In this document: positions 58,789 to 64,000 of the stretch, in pieces | How the letters are laid out: each line of letters opens with the position of its first letter | Numbering within the stretch: position 1 is the stretch's first letter | Origin: Candidatus Latescibacterota bacterium | GTDB lineage: Bacteria; Latescibacterota; UBA2968; GCA-2709665 | Length of the DNA: 64,000 nucleotides | NCBI GenBank assembly: GCA_965237675.1 | Contig: OZ250150.1 | Coordinates: 384,001-448,000, forward strand | Reading direction: 5' to 3' | Translations under genes and position numbers: made by a program | Notes under the pieces: model-generated | What the model saw: only the letters and a program-made list of their open reading frames with translations | Told to the model about the DNA's origin: nothing | The model's database searches: none

Positions 58789-59046
58789 TCAGATGCCGAG
58801 ATCCCGGAACAATTCGTCGGCGCTGCCGAATCGCTTGCCCTTACCCTCCTCCAGTTGCGCCATCGCTTTGACGGTAGTGGGATTGGGGACCTGCACGGCG
58901 AACGGCAGCCGCTTTTCTTCGGCTACTCGCAGCAGAAGCAGGCGAATCGCATCTGATACGGATAGTCCCATCGCATGAAGCGCCTCGGTAGCCCGGGCCT
59001 TTGTATCGCTGTCGATCCGGGCGCGTACGACGGTATCGTTGCCCAT
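58789..59046 (-). CDS. dinJ: RelB/DinJ family antitoxin
   Basis: VVRARID..K..A...L..MGLSVSDAIRLLL.RVA.EKRLPF...VPN.TT..AM. Confidence 0.88.
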   Translation of the reverse strand: MGNDTVVRARIDSDTKARATEALHAMGLSVSDAIRLLLLRVAEEKRLPFAVQVPNPTTVKAMAQLEEGKGKRFGSADELFRDLGI

Positions 59047-59065
59047 TTTTTCAACCTCCGGAAAT

Positions 59066-59104
59066 TTGTAGTTACAATGTAGCTACAATGACATAAATTG
59101 TCAA
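59066..59104 (-). promoter_or_regulatory. dinJ promoter/operator
   Basis: TTGACA-17-TACATT on the minus strand; tandem palindromes TGTAGTTACA / TGTAGCTACA. Confidence 0.6.
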
Positions 59105-59155
59105 GGAAGAATCCTGTCAGCATTGACTCAGAGCACTCGTAGAAAGGGGACGGTT

Positions 59156-60223
59156 TTGGAAAAGTACACATTTCGTGGAGGCCCCGCCGAAGCGGGACGG
59201 GCACAGGGTGCGCTCAATCCCGAATATGCCCAGCGGGAGTTGGCGCGAAGGTTGAAACAGCCCCAGAACTTCGAGGAGCGCTACTTCCGTGAGAACATGT
59301 CCTTCATGCGGCGGGAATTCCCGGAACTGGTCGCGCAGATGGAGGCGTACGGCGAGGCGGCTGGGATTGAAAGCTTCGATCATACGTATCTGCTGCATGT
59401 GTACTTTACCGCCGCCGACCTGGACGGATGCTCGGCGTTCGGTATGATGCTTAAGGACGACGGTCCGGCAATGCTGAGGACCTACGATACGAGTTCGGTC
59501 AGCAGGGTTGAAGATTTCGTGAAGGATAAAATCCTGATGCGCCTTCCGGACAGCAGGCCGCGCGGGCTGGTCGGCATCGGAGAACGATTCGGTACTACAG
59601 TCGGCACGGCGATCAACGACGCGGGGTTGCTGGTGGGCAGTGCCTCGGGCCACCGGAAGTTCAACCCCGGCGTCAACCCGGAACACGTCAATCTCTATTT
59701 CACTGCTCACCTGCTCGCCCAGTATTGCTCCGACTGCGACGACGTGCGGCACTTCCTCCGTCAGTACCGGATCTCGGGCATCAAGGGACTCACGGGAGCG
59801 GCCGTTGACGCGTCGGGCGATATGGTCGGGTTCGAACTGGAATCGGAGAATATTGCCCTTAGGGAACCTGAAAACGGGATGGTTGTCGAGACCAACCACT
59901 GGCAGGACCCGGACCTTCAGCGTCCGTCCCGCGAGGCGAATCCGGACTGGTGGGCGAGCACCTCGTATTACAACTCCCAGAACCGGATCCAGTACATAGC
60001 CTGTCACCGGGAACCGTTCCGAACGATGCGCACCGTGGATGAACTGGTGGATTTCTCGTTCGACGTGCACGCGCCGGGAAGGCTCCTGCAAGCGCCGGAA
60101 ACCAATATCGGAAACTGGTTCACGACTCACGGGATCTTTATGACGTCGAGAGACCGGAAGCTGCGCGTCCACCGGTATCCGCTGGACAAGGAACAATTCA
60201 CTGAAGTGGCGTACGCCCAGTAA
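59156..60223 (+). CDS. C45 family Ntn-hydrolase (acyl-CoA:6-APA acyltransferase-like)
   Basis: Autoproteolytic G|CSA site, INDAGL, ETNHW, SQNR. Confidence 0.75.
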   Translation: MEKYTFRGGPAEAGRAQGALNPEYAQRELARRLKQPQNFEERYFRENMSFMRREFPELVAQMEAYGEAAGIESFDHTYLLHVYFTAADLDGCSAFGMMLKDDGPAMLRTYDTSSVSRVEDFVKDKILMRLPDSRPRGLVGIGERFGTTVGTAINDAGLLVGSASGHRKFNPGVNPEHVNLYFTAHLLAQYCSDCDDVRHFLRQYRISGIKGLTGAAVDASGDMVGFELESENIALREPENGMVVETNHWQDPDLQRPSREANPDWWASTSYYNSQNRIQYIACHREPFRTMRTVDELVDFSFDVHAPGRLLQAPETNIGNWFTTHGIFMTSRDRKLRVHRYPLDKEQFTEVAYAQ

Positions 60224-60323
60224 AAAGGGTGTAAGGCACTCAATAGAAGCACTCGTCACGTTTGGTTGCGGCCTGCTGGTTCGATTGGTAAACAGACGTG
60301 GCGAACCGGGAGGAAAAACGAAT

Positions 60324-61853
60324 ATGGGGGAGAATGCGCAAATGGCGGATAATCTGGACCGGTTGAACACGGACAAGGGCAGCGGCGACGGGTTTCTACT
60401 CATGGACGGAATCGAGTCCGTTTATCACGTGGCGCAGGCCGTGTGCGAGGCCGAAAAGCATCCCCTCAACCCGGTACTTCCGGTGGGCGACTCGCACGAG
60501 TGGGATTCCACGCACTGCGCACCGTGGTCGTCGCCCTCCGTTATCTACGACGACGAAGACAAGCTCTTCAAGGCCTGGTACGCGGGTTCCGACATCGCGC
60601 CTTCGCGATGGTGGGCAACCGGTTACGCGTTCAGCGAGGACGGGGTCAACTGGCACAAACCCGAGCTGGGCCTGTACGAGTACAACGGGAGCAAGAAAAA
60701 CAACATCGTCCTCGACGGACGAGGACCGATCATCAAGGACGACACCGAGCCGGACCCGAACAAGCGATTCAAGGGGATCAAGCGCAGCTTCGGCGGACAG
60801 GCGGTCTATGCCCGCAAGGGCGCCCGGGCGAACTACTCGCCCGATGGGATCCACTGGACCGAGGGTCCGAATATCGACCTGCCCGAGTGGTTCCGGGGTC
60901 CTCCGGATATCGGCGTGCTCGTCCGCGACGACCAGGACCCTGACCCCACGCGGCGGTACAAGTCGGTTTTCCAGGAGATGGTGCCGTTCGACAAGCCGGA
61001 TATCAAGCGCCATGCCGATCGGTACCGCGGCCTCGGCCGCGCCAAGATTCTGGCGTACGGCCCGGACATCGAGCACTTTCGACGGGCGGAAGAAAACCCT
61101 CTGCTTTCCCCTGCCGACGGCCTCGAGTACGAGGACCATCACATCATGATGTCGCCGTACGGGGGCGCGTGGATCATCTGCTACGAGTACGGCTGGTACG
61201 TGCCGAGCCGCTACGGCTGCTACGGGATGTACTCGGCGGACATTCGCCTGGCGGCCAGCGGAGACGGGCTCAATTTCCACCGCGTGAATCCTCACCAGAA
61301 GGTCATCAGCCGCGGCGCCCACGGCGAGTGGGACGGGGGGCTGCTCATTATTACGGATAAGCCGGCTGTCAAGGACGGGACCATCTACATGTTCTATGGC
61401 GGATCGGGCGAAGAATTCACGAGCTGGCCGCCGGAGAACGAGATCCCCGAGTTCATTCATGAAATGGGGAGCGGAAGCGCGCGCATGGCGCGGATGGGCC
61501 TGGCCACGCTTCGCGAGGACGGGTTCACGTGCCTGGAGACCCCGGACCGCGAGACGCCAGGCCACGCGACGACGGCGCCGCTGGCGCTGACCGATCGATC
61601 GACCGCGCTGACGGTCAACGTGGGAGACGTTCGACAGAACCGCAACTGGGTCGAAGTTGAAGTCCTCGATGCGGATTCCGGCGAGCCGATTCCGGGATAT
61701 GGATGCGAGGACTGCGACGATATCTACGTCGACGGACTGCGGCGCCCCGTGAAATGGGGCGGCAAATGCCTTGCCGACGTCGGTCGGGACCGGTTCAAGT
61801 TGCGCTTTTGGCTCTATGGCGCGGCACGGCTCTATGGATACAAATTCGTCTGA
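60324..61853 (+). CDS. beta-propeller glycoside-hydrolase-like protein (GH32-like) with C-terminal beta-sandwich
   Basis: KHPLNPVL, FKAWY, SEDGVNWHKPELGL, SPDGIHW, GLATLREDGF, LRF.L..ARLY. Confidence 0.7.
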   Translation: MGENAQMADNLDRLNTDKGSGDGFLLMDGIESVYHVAQAVCEAEKHPLNPVLPVGDSHEWDSTHCAPWSSPSVIYDDEDKLFKAWYAGSDIAPSRWWATGYAFSEDGVNWHKPELGLYEYNGSKKNNIVLDGRGPIIKDDTEPDPNKRFKGIKRSFGGQAVYARKGARANYSPDGIHWTEGPNIDLPEWFRGPPDIGVLVRDDQDPDPTRRYKSVFQEMVPFDKPDIKRHADRYRGLGRAKILAYGPDIEHFRRAEENPLLSPADGLEYEDHHIMMSPYGGAWIICYEYGWYVPSRYGCYGMYSADIRLAASGDGLNFHRVNPHQKVISRGAHGEWDGGLLIITDKPAVKDGTIYMFYGGSGEEFTSWPPENEIPEFIHEMGSGSARMARMGLATLREDGFTCLETPDRETPGHATTAPLALTDRSTALTVNVGDVRQNRNWVEVEVLDADSGEPIPGYGCEDCDDIYVDGLRRPVKWGGKCLADVGRDRFKLRFWLYGAARLYGYKFV

Positions 61854-61888
61854 GGGATCCGGCCGTACCGCGCGGAATCGAGATTTCC

Positions 61889-63718
61889 ATGGAAGAGCAA
61901 CAGACGTCCGACGTGATTGTGGCAAGAGACGTGATGGTCCCCATGCGGGACGGCGTGCGCCTGGCCACCGACCTCTACTTTCCCGGGAAAGTCGCGCACG
62001 AACGAACCGGAACCTTTCCCGCCGTCCTGAACAGGACGCCGTACAACAAACGTGGCGGTGCGGACACGGCGAGTTTTTTCGCGCGTCACGGCTATATGTC
62101 CGTGGTGCAGGACTGCCGGGGACGCTATGGTTCAGAGGGCGTGTTCTTTCCGTTCATAGACGATCCCGAGGACGGATACGACACCATCCAGTGGATCGCC
62201 GATCACCCGTCGTGCAACCGGAAGGTGGGAATGTACGGGTGTTCCTACGATGCATGGGTGCAGTTCCACGCGGCCACCCGGAACCCCCCGGCGCTGGCCA
62301 CGATGATCCCGTTTGAAGGACCTATCAACGCCTACCATTACAGCATGCGCGAGGGCGGCGCCCTGCATCTGGGGCTTCTGAACTGGGCGGTCCGGATGTC
62401 GACCACGAGCCAGGAGGCGCGGGCGAACCCGGCGATCGCCGAAGCCATACGGCCGATGTCCGCCGACGGGCGGCAATTCCTGGAATGGGCTTCCCGAATC
62501 CCCTGGCGGCGCGGTCAGACTCCGCTGGCGATGGTGCCCCAGTACGAGGACGTCGTTTTCCAGCTTTATTTTGAAAATAACGATTATTCGGAATTCTGGC
62601 GGCAGCCCGGACTCGCCATGGACGAGTATTTCGATTCGTTTCCCGACATGCCCATCCTTTGGATGGTGGGCTGGTACGACTGGTATCCCAGGACGATTAT
62701 CGACGGGTTTCAGAAGATGGTGAAGATGAACCGGAAGCACCAGCATCTGCTCGTGGGTCCCTGGACGCACGGCAACTGTAAACCCACCTGCGGCGACGTG
62801 CACTTCGGGCCGGAGGGCGGTCTCCATTTCCACCAAGATTTTCTTCAGCTCTACCTTCAGTGGTTCAACCGGTGGCTCAAGGAGGACGACGCGGTAGACG
62901 TGGGCAGCGCCGTGCGGATGTTCCGAATGGGCGGCGGCGATGGCAGCCGCGACCGGGATGGACTCCTGAAGCACGGCGGGAAGTGGTTCAGCGTGGGTGG
63001 CTGGCCGCCGGAGGGCTCCCGTGAGACGCCTTATTATATCCACAAAGACGGGACCCTGTCGGCCGAGGCGCCCTCCGCGGAAAACGCATCCACGACGTAT
63101 ACCTACGACCCGCGCGATACCGTGTCCAGCAACGGCCGCTGTATCATCCCCTACGGTCCGATGAAGGAGGGGTGGTTCAAGGGGATGGGGCCCCGCGACC
63201 AGATCGAGATCGAGACCCTTCCCGGTCATGGTATTCCGGGCATGCCCATCGCCTCGCGGCCGGATGTTCTGGTCTTCCAGACCGCGCCGTTGGATGCGGA
63301 CGTCTCCATTGCGGGGAACATCGAGGGGATTCTGTGGATTTCCTCGGACGCGCCCGATACGGATTTCTTTTTGAAGCTGCTCGACGTATATTCCTCCAGC
63401 CTGGATTATCCGAACGGATACGCCTTACCGGTTTCCGAGGGCATCCTGCGCGTGCGATACAGGGACAGCTTCGAACGGCCCTGTCCGATGGAACCGGGAA
63501 CGGTATATCGCATCGAAATCGACATGCAGCCGTCCGCAAATCTGTTCAGAGCCGGCCATCGCATCCGCCTGGATATCTGCAGCAGCAACTTTCCCAACTA
63601 CGACATCAACCGGAACACCGGCGATCCGGACGACAGAAGCTGGCGGATCGCACAAAACACGGTCTATCATGAAGCCGGGCGAGGTTCGTTTGTTCAACTG
63701 CCCATCTGGACGGCGTGA
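61889..63718 (+). CDS. CocE/NonD family serine hydrolase
   Basis: VPMRDGVRLATD, RTPY.K, QDCRGRYGSEG, GCSY nucleophile, GWYD, GPWTHG, SSNFP. Confidence 0.92.
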   Translation: MEEQQTSDVIVARDVMVPMRDGVRLATDLYFPGKVAHERTGTFPAVLNRTPYNKRGGADTASFFARHGYMSVVQDCRGRYGSEGVFFPFIDDPEDGYDTIQWIADHPSCNRKVGMYGCSYDAWVQFHAATRNPPALATMIPFEGPINAYHYSMREGGALHLGLLNWAVRMSTTSQEARANPAIAEAIRPMSADGRQFLEWASRIPWRRGQTPLAMVPQYEDVVFQLYFENNDYSEFWRQPGLAMDEYFDSFPDMPILWMVGWYDWYPRTIIDGFQKMVKMNRKHQHLLVGPWTHGNCKPTCGDVHFGPEGGLHFHQDFLQLYLQWFNRWLKEDDAVDVGSAVRMFRMGGGDGSRDRDGLLKHGGKWFSVGGWPPEGSRETPYYIHKDGTLSAEAPSAENASTTYTYDPRDTVSSNGRCIIPYGPMKEGWFKGMGPRDQIEIETLPGHGIPGMPIASRPDVLVFQTAPLDADVSIAGNIEGILWISSDAPDTDFFLKLLDVYSSSLDYPNGYALPVSEGILRVRYRDSFERPCPMEPGTVYRIEIDMQPSANLFRAGHRIRLDICSSNFPNYDINRNTGDPDDRSWRIAQNTVYHEAGRGSFVQLPIWTA

Positions 63719-63845
63719 CGGGATCGCCGCATCCGGCGGGTGCGAAACCTGGGCAGGCGCCGGGTAAAGGGCAGAAGCGTGACGACCAGGCATGTCACGC
63801 GGAAATGCCGGCCCCAGGGATACCGTAGGGTCGAAGGAGTATAAA

Positions 63846-64000
63846 TTGAGATCCGAAGGGATAGCGTCTGCTCCTGAGATTCGTGAACTTGCGTGCAGAA
63901 AATTGCTCTGCATGGATATTCTGGAAGAACCGATCGTGGTGTCGGGCTTCGCCTGGCTGGATCGGGAGCGACGGTTCTGCCGGCTGCCGGTTGACGTTTT
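63846..64000 (+). CDS. partial CDS, possibly SGNH hydrolase with GxDLY-type N-terminal domain
   Basis: AAGGAG RBS, TTG start, ...SGFAW..RERRFCRLP; runs off the window. Confidence 0.35.
   Translation, partial: MRSEGIASAPEIRELACRKLLCMDILEEPIVVSGFAWLDRERRFCRLPVDV

Overview
GC-rich bacterial window with no rRNA, tRNA or CRISPR array. The gene mix (GWxTD/TPR protein, TonB-dependent receptor with a T9SS-type CTD protein and PorV-family barrel, DUF6785-type membrane protein, several PhyH dioxygenases) suggests an FCB-group lineage such as Latescibacterota; this is an inference. Bases 1-11.5 kb are mostly minus-strand catabolic genes: YiaK/DlgD, 2-oxoacid dehydrogenase E1a/E1b/E2, SDR, RidA, hydroxyacid dehydrogenase and a DSD1-family PLP enzyme. 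Bases 11.9-64 kb are an almost entirely plus-strand catabolic island of largely uncharacterised, mostly signal-peptide-less hydrolases and oxidoreductases. Its core is an outer-membrane cassette next to a GntR regulator (small beta-barrel, TonB receptor, CTD-bearing secreted protein, PorV paralog) that looks like a SusD-independent import system and is bracketed by two related MITEs. Also notable: two PhyH-fold paralogs with an HGG (halogenase-like) iron motif, two toxin-antitoxin loci with truncated toxins, a MITE-disrupted hicB relic, an IS1380 element, three MITE families, REP-like repeats and several deletion or frameshift remnants. All family assignments are by eye from motifs; no searches were run.
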